A DNA stretch of 64,000 nt from positions 2,336,001-2,400,000 of the forward strand of contig OZ242358.1 in NCBI GenBank assembly GCA_965208835.1, written 5' to 3'. The notes beneath the pieces were generated by a model. That model saw nothing but the letters and a program-made list of their open reading frames with translations. It was not told where the DNA came from and did no database searches. This DNA is from Candidatus Latescibacterota bacterium (lineage in GTDB: Bacteria; Latescibacterota; UBA2968; GCA-2709665). A program made the position numbers and the translations under genes. Below are positions 8,099 through 17,763 of the stretch, in pieces (position 1 is the stretch's first letter; each line of letters starts with the position of its first letter).

Positions 8099-10132
8099 TC
8101 AGAGTTGGCGATAGTCGATGGTACCGGGCTCAGAAACCAAAGCGCACCCTGAAACTTCGAGCACGGAGCCGGCAGCGAGCCGGCCGGAGTCGAATTTGTC
8201 TTCCACGGTTCGGACGTGCGCGAATTCCGCATCCGTCCGAATGCCGCGGCAGGTAAACGTACTTTCAGGCCCCGCGGTCAGGACCATGTCGGCCACGTTG
8301 CCCGATCGAATGCGAACGGCGCAGCCCGCGGCGGTACCGGCGGCGTCGATCTCGGGAGGCGCCATGTCTTTGTGATACGGAACGAACGCGACAACGCAGA
8401 ACAGAGGGCTCCAGAACCAGTCGTAGCGCAATCTGGGATGGTCGTGGAACGTCTCTTCGCGCCACCGGCCCGGCCACGGCGTCGCAATTTGGACGTCGCA
8501 TCGGTTCTCTCGCCGGCATCCGACGATGGATACCCTGTCACGTCCGCACTCAAGCCGATTGCCGGCGGCGGTGTGCAGCAGCCAGGTCAAGATCGGTCGG
8601 TCGTGCATTTCAAAATCCAGGCGGTCGACAACGATCACGGAGGCGGGCGCGCCTCGCGCATCCGGAAGGCAGAGCAGGCGCCGGACGAATCGCTTTGCGC
8701 ATCCGTAGCTGCCGCCCGCTTCGGATTCGACAAAGGGGAAGTTGCCCTGGATATCCGCGCGTACGATGCCGTCCGTTCCCGCCGGGCCCCGTCGCTGCAT
8801 CTCACCCATCACCAGAGGCAGATTGTGGGCTTCTCCCAGCGCGCCAAGACGAAGCACTTCGGTGGTGTCGGGAAGCCGTTCGAGGGCGTAGCCCGAGTCG
8901 CAGGCAAAGCTCTCTCCGAGAGCGTGCAGCGCGAAGTGATTGCGATCGGCCTGCCGGTGCCCGCCGGCCGGGAAGACGTCGCACAGAAATGAAAGGAAGA
9001 AATCTTCGGACCCCCACCCGGAGCGGACGTCCACAAGGCCCCTGTTGCGAAAATGCCGGACCCTGGGTATGTCCCGGCGGTCGGGCGGCACGGGCTCTAC
9101 CGACGGGTCGAAGTAAAGCAGATAACGCGTAACGGTGTCGCTCCAGCCGTCGGCCGGCGGGTGCCAGTATTCGCCTCCGGCCGGGGGCTTATCGATGCTC
9201 TGCCAGAGCCACTGGGCGAGTCCGCTGTTCTGTTGAGAAGCCAGAAGGGCGAGCCATTCGATGTGAAACCCGTCGTTGCAGTCGTTCAGCGGATTCGGCC
9301 GCCCCGTCGCCGGAATGAGTTCGTACGCGAGCCCCTCCGCGATGCGTTCCCATCCGGAATGGTTCGTGAGTTCCCGGTCCCCGCAGGCGGCCAACGCCAG
9401 GGCGAACGGGGCGAGGTAGTGCAATGTGGCGCTGCCATACGCCGGCCCTTCGTAGAATGCGCCGTCGCCGTCGTGACCCTTTTCGAGGAAGAGCAGGCAT
9501 CGCTTCTTCGACAGGTCCAGAGCGGCGTTGAACCGGGACTCGTCCAGCACGCCGTACCCGCGGAGTACGAGTCCGAGCAGGCCCAGACCGATGAGTCCGA
9601 TGGCGGCCATGTTCCAGTCCGGGCGCTTCTCCTCGGGGTCCGGCGGGTCATCGAGCGTATAGTCGATGAAAGGAAGGCAATAGGTGCCGATTTCTACGCG
9701 ATCCGCGTCCGTCAGCTCGTGCCGTAACAGGTCCAGTCCGATGGCCAGAACCATGGAGCTGGCGCCGGCGTCCAGGCAATTGTCCCGCCACGTGCTGTAC
9801 GGGCGCCCGTAGTTCGTGCCGCCGCAGTTCTCCACAATACGGTATTTGACGATCGTCCGGAGAATGTTGCATGCCTCCGACGCGTACTTTCCGTCAAGGA
9901 GAACGCCGCCCACGGCAAGGGTCTCGATCGAATTGGGCAGCAGGCGGCCGCCCGGCCTGGTCAGCCAGAAGTCCGCTTTGCGTTCGTTATAGTCGATGTA
10001 TGCGTTCGAGGCCGGATCGAGATGGTCATCGCAGGCTTTCCTGAGAATTCGTTTTAACGAGGATACGACAGGACTGGCGTCAACCCGCCGGTTCTCCAGA
10101 ATGGGGCGAAATAGCGATTCCGGAATATTCAT
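8099..10132 (-). CDS. Heparinase II/III-like polysaccharide lyase family protein
   Basis: DGAFYEGPAYG, VRSGW, GHRQADRNHF and AHNLPLV, typical of the alpha/alpha-toroid plus Hepar_II_III architecture. Confidence 0.7.
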   Translation of the reverse strand: MNIPESLFRPILENRRVDASPVVSSLKRILRKACDDHLDPASNAYIDYNERKADFWLTRPGGRLLPNSIETLAVGGVLLDGKYASEACNILRTIVKYRIVENCGGTNYGRPYSTWRDNCLDAGASSMVLAIGLDLLRHELTDADRVEIGTYCLPFIDYTLDDPPDPEEKRPDWNMAAIGLIGLGLLGLVLRGYGVLDESRFNAALDLSKKRCLLFLEKGHDGDGAFYEGPAYGSATLHYLAPFALALAACGDRELTNHSGWERIAEGLAYELIPATGRPNPLNDCNDGFHIEWLALLASQQNSGLAQWLWQSIDKPPAGGEYWHPPADGWSDTVTRYLLYFDPSVEPVPPDRRDIPRVRHFRNRGLVDVRSGWGSEDFFLSFLCDVFPAGGHRQADRNHFALHALGESFACDSGYALERLPDTTEVLRLGALGEAHNLPLVMGEMQRRGPAGTDGIVRADIQGNFPFVESEAGGSYGCAKRFVRRLLCLPDARGAPASVIVVDRLDFEMHDRPILTWLLHTAAGNRLECGRDRVSIVGCRRENRCDVQIATPWPGRWREETFHDHPRLRYDWFWSPLFCVVAFVPYHKDMAPPEIDAAGTAAGCAVRIRSGNVADMVLTAGPESTFTCRGIRTDAEFAHVRTVEDKFDSGRLAAGSVLEVSGCALVSEPGTIDYRQL

Positions 10133-10143
10133 ATCAAACCTTC

Positions 10144-10305
10144 TGGTGAGAAGTTAGACGGGAGAGGGGAGAGATTTCCTGCCTTGTGAGGATTCTTCTC
10201 GTGCAGAGGCAAGGAGGAAAAACATACCGGGCAAGGACTTCTTCTACCGTCTCACCTCTGCCGTCTCCCCGCATTCAGGCTTTTTGTGGCCAATTTAACG
10301 GTTTT
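10144..10305. repeat. Intergenic palindromic repeat, copy 2
   Basis: Shorter relative of 4766-5030; the tail gctttttgtggccaatttaac recurs near 51474-51495. Confidence 0.8.
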
Positions 10306-10359
10306 CTTTTTTCGAATTGACGCTATCCCTGATTCGTCGTCGCGCCGGACGAGCCGGGA

Positions 10360-11124
10360 TCAATCCCGGTCCATGCCCGGCGGCATGAAGATCTCCCGAC
10401 GCCGGCCGTCGCTGTATCCGTCCACCTCGCTGAGCACCACGCCGGGGCTGGACAGCGCCGCCCTCACGATCTGGCGGTTGAAGGTATGGACGTAGTCTGA
10501 GGTCAGGTATTCTTCTACGGGCATCCAGAGACATTCTTCGATTTCTTCGGGCTGCGGGATGATTTCGTAAGAGAGCGGCTTGAGGCGGCAGACAAAGTAG
10601 ATATCGGACTTGTCGTGGCGGTATCCGTGCCAGTGGCGGAAACACACCATCGCTTCAAATGACGTCCTTACACCCGTTTCTTCCCGGATTTCCCGTACGG
10701 CGGCCTCGGCCAGGTGTTCGCCGGGATGCAGCGCACCGCCCGGAAGTTTGTAGTAGGGCCTGCTGCTGCCGCGGTGTTTTTCGCAGACAACCAGAATCTC
10801 GTTTTTCTCACTGATGACCACCCCTCCCGCACCAATGTAGTGGGTGGCGAAACCGGGGATGAATGCGTCATCGACCAGCGGCCGGGTCAACAGGAGATAA
10901 GCCTCGCCGCTGTGATGAAAAGAGAAACCCGCCTGAACCGCGACGGGTATGAATTCCGACTTGCTTATGGGAACCTCCAGCCACACCAGCTGGTAGCCTC
11001 CCTTTTTCCAGATCTCCAGGGACATTGAGAGCCGGTGGCTGAACGTCTCCATGTCTGAGGGAAGGCTTTCGGGGCTGATTACAATGCCGTTGAAGGCATT
11101 GGTAGTATGCTCGAGGACGTCCAT
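10360..11124 (-). CDS. NUDIX hydrolase with N-terminal pre-NUDIX domain (NUDT6 / plant NUDT2-like)
   Basis: SLEIWKKGGYQLVWL, GFSFHH, ATHYIGAGG, Nudix box GGALHPGEHLAEAAVREIREETG, KSDIYFVC. Confidence 0.85.
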   Translation of the reverse strand: MDVLEHTTNAFNGIVISPESLPSDMETFSHRLSMSLEIWKKGGYQLVWLEVPISKSEFIPVAVQAGFSFHHSGEAYLLLTRPLVDDAFIPGFATHYIGAGGVVISEKNEILVVCEKHRGSSRPYYKLPGGALHPGEHLAEAAVREIREETGVRTSFEAMVCFRHWHGYRHDKSDIYFVCRLKPLSYEIIPQPEEIEECLWMPVEEYLTSDYVHTFNRQIVRAALSSPGVVLSEVDGYSDGRRREIFMPPGMDRD

Positions 11125-11225
11125 ATCGGGATCCCCCGGATCCTTGTCGGCGCGGTTGGCGGCGACCTGAATGTAAACAGCCTGCGGCCGGTTCACAAGT
11201 GGTTTTGATACGGAGAGGTTTTGGC

Positions 11226-11254
11226 TTGACAGGGTGCGGCCAGCGGTTGATATT
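11226..11254 (+). promoter_or_regulatory. Candidate sigma70 promoter for the SelA-like gene
   Basis: TTGACA-17 nt-GATATT. Confidence 0.45.
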
Positions 11255-11342
11255 GACGGTCCTTTTCGGTTGCGGAAAGCGGGATTGTGCAGGCTTTTTT
11301 GCGTTTGTATTGAGTGCCGGATCCGAGTTCAGGAGGTGGTGG

Positions 11343-12542
11343 ATGAGCAGTGTTTATGAACGCCTGGGTATTCGTACCATAATCAATGCGGCCGGGCCGT
11401 CCACACGGTTGAGCGGGTCGATTCTCCCGGCGGAGGTGGCGCGGGCCATGGCGGAAGCCTCTCAACATTGCGTGGATATCGCGGAACTGCAGGCCTGGGC
11501 GGGCCGGGCCATTGCTGACATCACGGGGGCCGAGGCCGGGTACGTCACGTCGGGAGCGGCGGCGGGCATCATGCTGGGCGTGGCGGCGTGCGTTACCGGA
11601 CTGGATCCTGGCAGGATGAACCGTCTGCCGGACACCGGGGGCATGAAGGACGAGGTGATTATCCCGCGGAGCCACCGGAACTTCTACGACCACGCCATCC
11701 GTGCGGTTGGCGTTAAGCTCGTGGAGGTTGGGATTTCCGACCGGTACAGCGGCGCCGGAGTCAGGGATACGGAAGCCTGGGAAATTGCCGATGCGATTAC
11801 CGACCGGACAGCGGCGGTCGCATATGTGATGAATGCGCGGGCGCGCCCGGACCTCGCGGACGTTGTGAAAGCAGCCCACGATCGTGGTGTGCCGGTTGTC
11901 GTGGACGCCGCCGGACAGCTCCCGCCCCAGACGAACCTCCAGCGATTTGTCGAAGCCGGGGCGGACGTGGTCTGTTTCAGCGGAGGAAAGACCATTCGCG
12001 GGCCGCAGAGTTCCGGGATCCTTTGCGGTCGGAAAGAACTGGTCATGGCCGTCGCCCTGCAGCACCTGGACCAGGACGTTTTTTACGATCTCTGGAACCC
12101 GCCGCCCTCGCTGATCGAAAAGGATCGGCTGCCAGGTGCGCCTCAGCATGGGATCGGGAGACCATGCAAGGTTGGCAAGGAGGAGATCGTGGGGCTCATC
12201 ACGGCGCTCAGGCTGTTCGTCGCCGAGGGGGACGAGGAGCGCCATGCCCGATGGTCGGCTGAAATTCGGAGTCTCGCGGATGCACTCGAGACACTGCCGA
12301 ATGTGCGGGTAACCGCGGCGACCGATCCGGGCAGGCCCGTTCCCGGTCTGCGGGTTGAGATCGACGAAGCCGCGGCAGGAATCTCAGGGCTGGAACTGGC
12401 ACGGCGACTCATCGAGGGCGAGCCCGGCATTCACTGCAATACGGCTGATGTGTACGAGGGCGCATTGGGGTTCGGTCCCATGTGCCTGAGGGAAGGGGAC
12501 GTGGAGGCGATCGGAAGGAGAATGGGTGAATTGCTGGCCTGA
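11343..12542 (+). CDS. SelA-like PLP-dependent enzyme (DgaE / D-glucosaminate-6-phosphate ammonia-lyase-like)
   Basis: IINAAG, VTSGAAAG, VVVDAA, FSGGKTIRGPQSSG and KVGKEEIVG; RBS aggagg. Confidence 0.8.
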   Translation: MSSVYERLGIRTIINAAGPSTRLSGSILPAEVARAMAEASQHCVDIAELQAWAGRAIADITGAEAGYVTSGAAAGIMLGVAACVTGLDPGRMNRLPDTGGMKDEVIIPRSHRNFYDHAIRAVGVKLVEVGISDRYSGAGVRDTEAWEIADAITDRTAAVAYVMNARARPDLADVVKAAHDRGVPVVVDAAGQLPPQTNLQRFVEAGADVVCFSGGKTIRGPQSSGILCGRKELVMAVALQHLDQDVFYDLWNPPPSLIEKDRLPGAPQHGIGRPCKVGKEEIVGLITALRLFVAEGDEERHARWSAEIRSLADALETLPNVRVTAATDPGRPVPGLRVEIDEAAAGISGLELARRLIEGEPGIHCNTADVYEGALGFGPMCLREGDVEAIGRRMGELLA

Positions 12543-12646
12543 GAGACGAGAGGACAGGCCGGCACTAAGACAGCTTCTAAGGTCAACGTTTCTGAACTCG
12601 TAGCGAAGGCGTTGGCCGGACCGGTACGGTATCGGGAGATTCAATT

Positions 12647-13993
12647 ATGAACGTGGATTGGGATGCGGCGGGACGGGAAGCGGTGGACTGGCATTGCAGG
12701 CTGCTTCGTTTCGACACCACGAATCCCCCCGGTAACGAACTGCCCCTCGTCAGGGACATTGCCGGGGCGCTGACCGGTGAGGGTCTCTCTCCCGGCGTCC
12801 TGGAATCCGCGCCCGGGCGCGGGAACCTGGTGGTGCGTCTCAAGGGTGACGGATCCGAACGTCCGCTGCTGCTGCTGTCGCATATCGACGTGGTTCCGGC
12901 GGAGCCCGCGAAATGGACGCGCGACCCGTTCGGCGGCGAGGTGGACTCGGGATATGTGTGGGGACGCGGGGCGATCGATTCCAAGCTGACGACGGCCGTC
13001 GGGCTGCAGGTACTGTTGTTGTGCAAGCGCCTGAATCTGCCGCTGACGCGCGACCTGGTCCTGGTGGCGGCCGCGGACGAGGAGCTTGGGGGCGTGCAGG
13101 GGGTGCGGTGGCTTGCGGCCAATCACCCGGAGGTGTTCGACGCGGAATACGGCATCAACGAGGGCGGCGGCTTTGCGTTACTGATCGACGGGCGTCCGGT
13201 ATACACGTGTCAGGTGGCCGAAAAGGGGAGTGCCGAGTTGAACCTGGTCGCGCGCGGACAACCCGGGCACAGTTCCGTTCCCCACAGCGACAACGCGGTT
13301 TTTCATCTGGGAGGGGCGCTGGAGCGATTGAGCGGCGTGAAGATGCCTAACCGGATTACGTCCGGTGTGAGGGCGTTCTTCGAAGGCGCCGCGGCAGCGC
13401 AGGTGAGAGACGAGGTGGCGGAACAGTTGCTCGGAGTACTGGATCCGGATCGCTGTGAAGCCTCGCTGCAGGCCTTGCCGGTTGACGAGCCGACCCGGAA
13501 AATGTTCGACGCGATGGTGCGCAATACGTGCGCGCCGACCATGCTCGAGGCCGGCGTCAAACGCAACGTGATCCCTTCCGAAGCCGTGGCGCGGCTGAGC
13601 GGCAGACCCTTACCCGGGGTGGACGAAGAGGGGTTTGTCCGGGAAGTTCGTGACATGGCCGGCGACGGCGTCGCTCTCGAAATGGAAAAGGACTTCAGGC
13701 CGGGCACGGAGTTCGACCATCGGACGCCGCTGTTCGACGTGGTCCAGGCGTCGATTTCCAAATGGGATCCGAATGGGGTCGTCGTCCCGTACATGCAGAC
13801 GGGCGGCACGGATGCGCGGTTTCTGCGGGACCGCGATATCCACATCTATGGATTTCTGCCCATGCGGTACGAGGAGGGCGAGGCGTATTTCGACTTGTGC
13901 CATGGGCACGACGAACGGGTGTCCGTCGCGAACGTAAGATTCGGAGTGCAGGTTCTGTTCGACGTCGTGTGCCGGCTGAACGGTATCGGGTAG
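12647..13993 (+). CDS. M20/M25/M40 family metallopeptidase
   Basis: SHIDVVPA, WGRGAIDSK, ADEELGG, NEGGG, GGTDARF and HGHDERV. Confidence 0.92.
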   Translation: MNVDWDAAGREAVDWHCRLLRFDTTNPPGNELPLVRDIAGALTGEGLSPGVLESAPGRGNLVVRLKGDGSERPLLLLSHIDVVPAEPAKWTRDPFGGEVDSGYVWGRGAIDSKLTTAVGLQVLLLCKRLNLPLTRDLVLVAAADEELGGVQGVRWLAANHPEVFDAEYGINEGGGFALLIDGRPVYTCQVAEKGSAELNLVARGQPGHSSVPHSDNAVFHLGGALERLSGVKMPNRITSGVRAFFEGAAAAQVRDEVAEQLLGVLDPDRCEASLQALPVDEPTRKMFDAMVRNTCAPTMLEAGVKRNVIPSEAVARLSGRPLPGVDEEGFVREVRDMAGDGVALEMEKDFRPGTEFDHRTPLFDVVQASISKWDPNGVVVPYMQTGGTDARFLRDRDIHIYGFLPMRYEEGEAYFDLCHGHDERVSVANVRFGVQVLFDVVCRLNGIG

Positions 13994-14021
13994 ATGCCGG
14001 ATTGGCTCCTTCAACGGCCAA

Positions 14022-14918
14022 TTAGCGTTCCAGTACGTGTCGAAGCGCGCCTTCGAGTTCGGGGTGTTGAAAGTCAAATCCGGATTCCTGCAGGCGGTTG
14101 GGCGTGACGCGGGTGCTGGACAGCAGCAGGGCATCCGCCATTTTGCCGAATGCCAGCCTGGCGGCGAATGCCGGCATGGGGAAGAGCGTCGGACGAGACA
14201 GAATACCCCCCAGTGTCTTGGTGAATTCCCGGTTGGTCACCGGCGCCGGCGACACGGCGTTGACGGGGCCCTCGAGCGTTTCCGTGTTGAGCGCGTGGAC
14301 GATGACTCGTGTCAGATCGTCCAGAGAGACCCAGCTCATATACTGATCGCCGCCGCCGATCACGCCACCAACGCCCATCTTGAACGGGAACAGCATTTTG
14401 GCCAGCGCGCCGCCGTCCGCGCTGAGTACGATTCCGACTCGCAGGTTTACGGTGCGGACGCCGGCGTCAGTTGCGGGCCGCGCGGCATTCTCCCACGCAA
14501 TGCACGTCTCCGCAAGGAAGTCGGCGCCAGGCGGGCTTTCCTCGTTGAGGACTTCGTCGCCCCGGTTACTGTAATATCCGATCGCCGACGCTGAAACCAG
14601 AACGCCGGGGGGCGTCTGCAGCCCGGCAAGGCCCTGCGCCAGAAGCCGGGTGCCGTCTTCGCGGCTGCTGCGGATTCTGCCTTTCTTTGCTTCGTTCCAC
14701 CTGCCGGAAGCGATGTTCTCGCCTGCCAGATGCACCACGGCCTGGATTCCTTCGAGGGCGGCAGGCGCAAGTTCTCCCGTTTCCGGGTCCCACCGGCGCT
14801 CCATGTCGTCTCTCGGGCTCGTGCGAACCAGCCGCAGTACGCGGTGGCCGCAGGCTTCGAGATGCGGAACGAGAGAAGATCCGACGAGCCCTGTCGAACC
14901 CGTCACGAGTACGGTCAT
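14022..14918 (-). CDS. TIGR01777 family oxidoreductase (YfcH-like epimerase/SDR)
   Basis: VTGSTGLVG, VHLAGENIA..RWN, SASAIGYY, GDQYMSWV, GPVNAVSP and LSRPT. Confidence 0.92.
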   Translation of the reverse strand: MTVLVTGSTGLVGSSLVPHLEACGHRVLRLVRTSPRDDMERRWDPETGELAPAALEGIQAVVHLAGENIASGRWNEAKKGRIRSSREDGTRLLAQGLAGLQTPPGVLVSASAIGYYSNRGDEVLNEESPPGADFLAETCIAWENAARPATDAGVRTVNLRVGIVLSADGGALAKMLFPFKMGVGGVIGGGDQYMSWVSLDDLTRVIVHALNTETLEGPVNAVSPAPVTNREFTKTLGGILSRPTLFPMPAFAARLAFGKMADALLLSSTRVTPNRLQESGFDFQHPELEGALRHVLER

Positions 14919-14939
14919 GGGGTGCCTCCTTGTTTGTTG

Positions 14940-15151
14940 AAAGCTGTTTTAAAATTACCGGTGAGTTCCCGAGCGCGAGCGAAAAAGTGGCGGTTATGAG
15001 GCGCGAGGGGCGCGCAGCGCCGACGGGAGAATCCGCGCATATCCAATGTATCGTGGCTGCGCGCCCCTCGCCACTCTTGGGCGGGTTTGACCAACGCTGA
15101 CCGGCGCTTTTACAGCCGCGCGAAGACCGCTGGGAATTTTAAAACAGCTTC
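14940..15151. mobile_element. MITE, family B copy 1
   Basis: TIRs aagctgttttaaaatt / aattttaaaacagcttc. The right end abuts the TTA that is the stop codon of the DUF420 gene. The 3' half is homologous to 25324-25491. Confidence 0.8.
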
Positions 15152-15565
15152 TTAGAGTTGGTAGAGCATCACGTAGATGATCACGCCGCTGACGCACACG
15201 AACATCCAGACCGGCCACACCCAGCGGGCGAGGCGTCTGTGTGGCTGGTATCGCCCCCGCAGGGCAAGCCATACAACCGCGAGGACGAACGGCGCGTTCA
15301 GTGCAGCCAGTACGATGTGCGGGACCAGGATGGCAAAATAGACGCCGCGGGTCCAGTCGTGGTGAGGATAGGGTACGGACCCGACCTTGAAGTGATAGAA
15401 CAGATATGAAGACAGAAACAGGGCCGAAAAGACGAGGGCGAGGAGCATCATTTGCCTGTGTTGTCGGATGTTGCCGCGCCGGATCTGCAAATAGCCGATC
15501 AGGAGAAAGACGGCGCCAATCGTGTTGAATATCGCATTGAGTGCTGGCAGGTCGTTTACGGCCAT
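15152..15565 (-). CDS. DUF420 family membrane protein
   Basis: LPALNA, HRQMM, FLSSYLFYH, YFAILVPHIVLA and HRRLARWVWPVWMFVCVSG. Confidence 0.88.
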   Translation of the reverse strand: MAVNDLPALNAIFNTIGAVFLLIGYLQIRRGNIRQHRQMMLLALVFSALFLSSYLFYHFKVGSVPYPHHDWTRGVYFAILVPHIVLAALNAPFVLAVVWLALRGRYQPHRRLARWVWPVWMFVCVSGVIIYVMLYQL

Positions 15566-15802
15566 CCGTACCTCGTAAGGGATTCAAAATCAAGTGTACT
15601 CATTTTTTTGTTTGTTGGCAACCGAATGAGATTGCCGCGGTCTGGAAATCGAAGCTGCGGCGGGGTGCGCGTACGGCAGAGACCGTACCCAGGCGACCCG
15701 CTTCCCGTGGATGGGCGGAACCGGTTGACACTGTATTGGATTTCCGCTTTTTTCGTCTTCTTGGGAAGTCTATAAGCCATTTTAAAACAGGAGGATAATG
15801 GC

Positions 15803-16006
15803 ATGTCGTCAACGGGCGGCCAGTGGATGACTCCGGGAGAGATCGAGCAGGCTCTCGGGCGCAGAAAGTCCAGGGAGGTATTCGAAGACCTGATATACGA
15901 TCGGCGCACCCGGCGAGAGATTCTGGATCTGCTGATAGAGGCCACAGCCTGTAATGAGTTTTCGGCGGAAGACTTCCTCAGGGAAATCGTAAAAACCAGA
16001 GAGTAA
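15803..16006 (+). CDS. Small hypothetical protein (67 aa, predicted helical)
   Basis: aggagg upstream, natural-looking composition, directly upstream of nadB on the same strand. Confidence 0.6.
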   Translation: MSSTGGQWMTPGEIEQALGRRKSREVFEDLIYDRRTRREILDLLIEATACNEFSAEDFLREIVKTRE

Positions 16007-16054
16007 ATCGTGCCGCCGCCGCGGCGCCGGCGAATTCGAAAGGGAAGGCAGATC

Positions 16055-17707
16055 GTGTCCGAAGTCCTGGAGACCGACTATCTGGTCATAGGCAGTGGTA
16101 TTGCCGGCCTTTCATTTGCGCTGAGAGCGGCCGAGTCCGCCTCTGTCGCTGTGATTACCAAGAAGGAGTCCCAGGAGTCGAATACGAACTATGCCCAGGG
16201 GGGAATCGCCGCAGTATTCGATTCGGACGATTCCTTCGAACGCCACGCGGCTGACACGCTCGCGGCCGGGGCCGGTCTCTGCCGCAGGGAGACCGTGGAA
16301 CTGGTGGTTGAACAGGGTCCACAGATGGTTCGGGAATTGATCGACTGGGGCGCCGCATTTACAACAGGGTCTGCCGGGCGTCTGGCGCTGGGGCGGGAAG
16401 GAGGACACACCCGTCACCGGATTGTACACGCGGACGACCTGACGGGAATGGAAATCGAACGGGCGCTGACGGAAGCGGTCGAGGCGCATCCCAACATAAC
16501 GCGGTTCGAACACCATATGGCGGTGGACCTGATCACGGAACACCATCTCTTTGGCGTCAGGAGCGAACCGCAGGGTCGGATTCATTGCTGGGGGGCCTAC
16601 GTTCTGGATTCAGCGTCAGGCCGGGTCCGGCGATTCCTGGCGCGAATCACGCTTCTGTGTTCCGGCGGGGCGGGGCAGATTTATACGCACACAACCAACC
16701 CGGGGATCGCAACCGGCGACGGGATCGCCATGGCCTACCGGGCGGGGGCGCCGATAGCCAATCTGGAGTTTATGCAGTTTCACCCCACGACGCTCTACCA
16801 TCCGGAGGCCGATTCGTTCCTGATTTCCGAGGCGGTGCGCGGTCACGGCGGCGTGCTGGTGGATCGTCACGGCCATCCCTTCATGGACGCCTATCACGAT
16901 ATGGGGGCGCTGGCGCCGCGCGATATCGTCGCCAGGGCAATCGACAACGAGCTGAAGAAGAGCGGCGCTCCCTGCGTGTATCTCGACATCACCCACGTGT
17001 CCGCCGCCGAGATTCAAGCGCGTTTTCCGAACATCCACCGGCGATGCCTAGCGCTCAACGTCGATATCACCCGGCAGCCCATTCCCGTCGTGCCCGCGGC
17101 TCACTATATGTGCGGCGGCGTGTCAACCGACCTCTGGGGGCGTACGGATATAGAAGGGCTCTACGCCTCCGGAGAGGTGGCGCACACCGGTCTGCACGGC
17201 GCGAATCGACTGGCCAGCAATTCACTTCTCGAGGCGCTGGTGTTTTCGGACCGCGCCTGTCGGCACGCATCCCGGTGTCTGGACAGGGTAACCGGCATTC
17301 CCGACGTACCCCTCTGGCGGGATGACGACGTGTTCAACGCCGAGGAATGGGTGCTTCTGTCCCATGATCGAACGGAGGTCCAGAAGTTGATGTGGGATTA
17401 CGTTGGCATCGTACGTTCCGACTTCAGGTTGAAAAGGGCGGCCCGGCGAATTGGCGTTATTGCCCGGGAGGTCGAGGAATTCTACAAGCGGACCAGGGTT
17501 ACGGAAGCGCTCCTGGAGTTGAGAAACATCACCACCGTGGCCGCGCTCGCCGTTCGCTGCGCACTGAAACGGCGCGAGAGCAGGGGGCTTCACTATAACG
17601 TGGACTGTCCTGCAGACGACACGGCGACACCGTCGGATACGGTCCTGTCCGCCCGCGAGACCTGGCAGTCGTCCGAAATCGACTGGCAGGCGGCCCTGAA
17701 TATCTGA
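16055..17707 (+). CDS. nadB: L-aspartate oxidase
   Basis: IGSGIAGL, SNTNYAQGGIA, REGGH..RIVHADD.TG, EFMQFHPT, LAPRDIVARAI, GLHGANRLASNSLLE, ESRGLHY; GTG start. Confidence 0.95.
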   Translation: MSEVLETDYLVIGSGIAGLSFALRAAESASVAVITKKESQESNTNYAQGGIAAVFDSDDSFERHAADTLAAGAGLCRRETVELVVEQGPQMVRELIDWGAAFTTGSAGRLALGREGGHTRHRIVHADDLTGMEIERALTEAVEAHPNITRFEHHMAVDLITEHHLFGVRSEPQGRIHCWGAYVLDSASGRVRRFLARITLLCSGGAGQIYTHTTNPGIATGDGIAMAYRAGAPIANLEFMQFHPTTLYHPEADSFLISEAVRGHGGVLVDRHGHPFMDAYHDMGALAPRDIVARAIDNELKKSGAPCVYLDITHVSAAEIQARFPNIHRRCLALNVDITRQPIPVVPAAHYMCGGVSTDLWGRTDIEGLYASGEVAHTGLHGANRLASNSLLEALVFSDRACRHASRCLDRVTGIPDVPLWRDDDVFNAEEWVLLSHDRTEVQKLMWDYVGIVRSDFRLKRAARRIGVIAREVEEFYKRTRVTEALLELRNITTVAALAVRCALKRRESRGLHYNVDCPADDTATPSDTVLSARETWQSSEIDWQAALNI

Positions 17708-17763
17708 ACGTTCGCCCGGCAGGGCAGTACCCTGAGTCGTGCGCGCACCCTGGAGAAGCCTGC

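Noticed and set aside
11343-12542. selA / selenocysteine machinery (SelA-like gene plus a 'selenium-binding' protein nearby)
   Set aside because: The protein fits the shorter SelA-like/DgaE group. No selB, selC, selD or in-frame UGA/SECIS was seen, and SBP56 is not part of Sec synthesis.
15570-15800. Possible NAD-related riboswitch upstream of nadB
   Set aside because: Only a small hairpin (gtacgg..ccgtac) is visible, with no recognisable riboswitch consensus.
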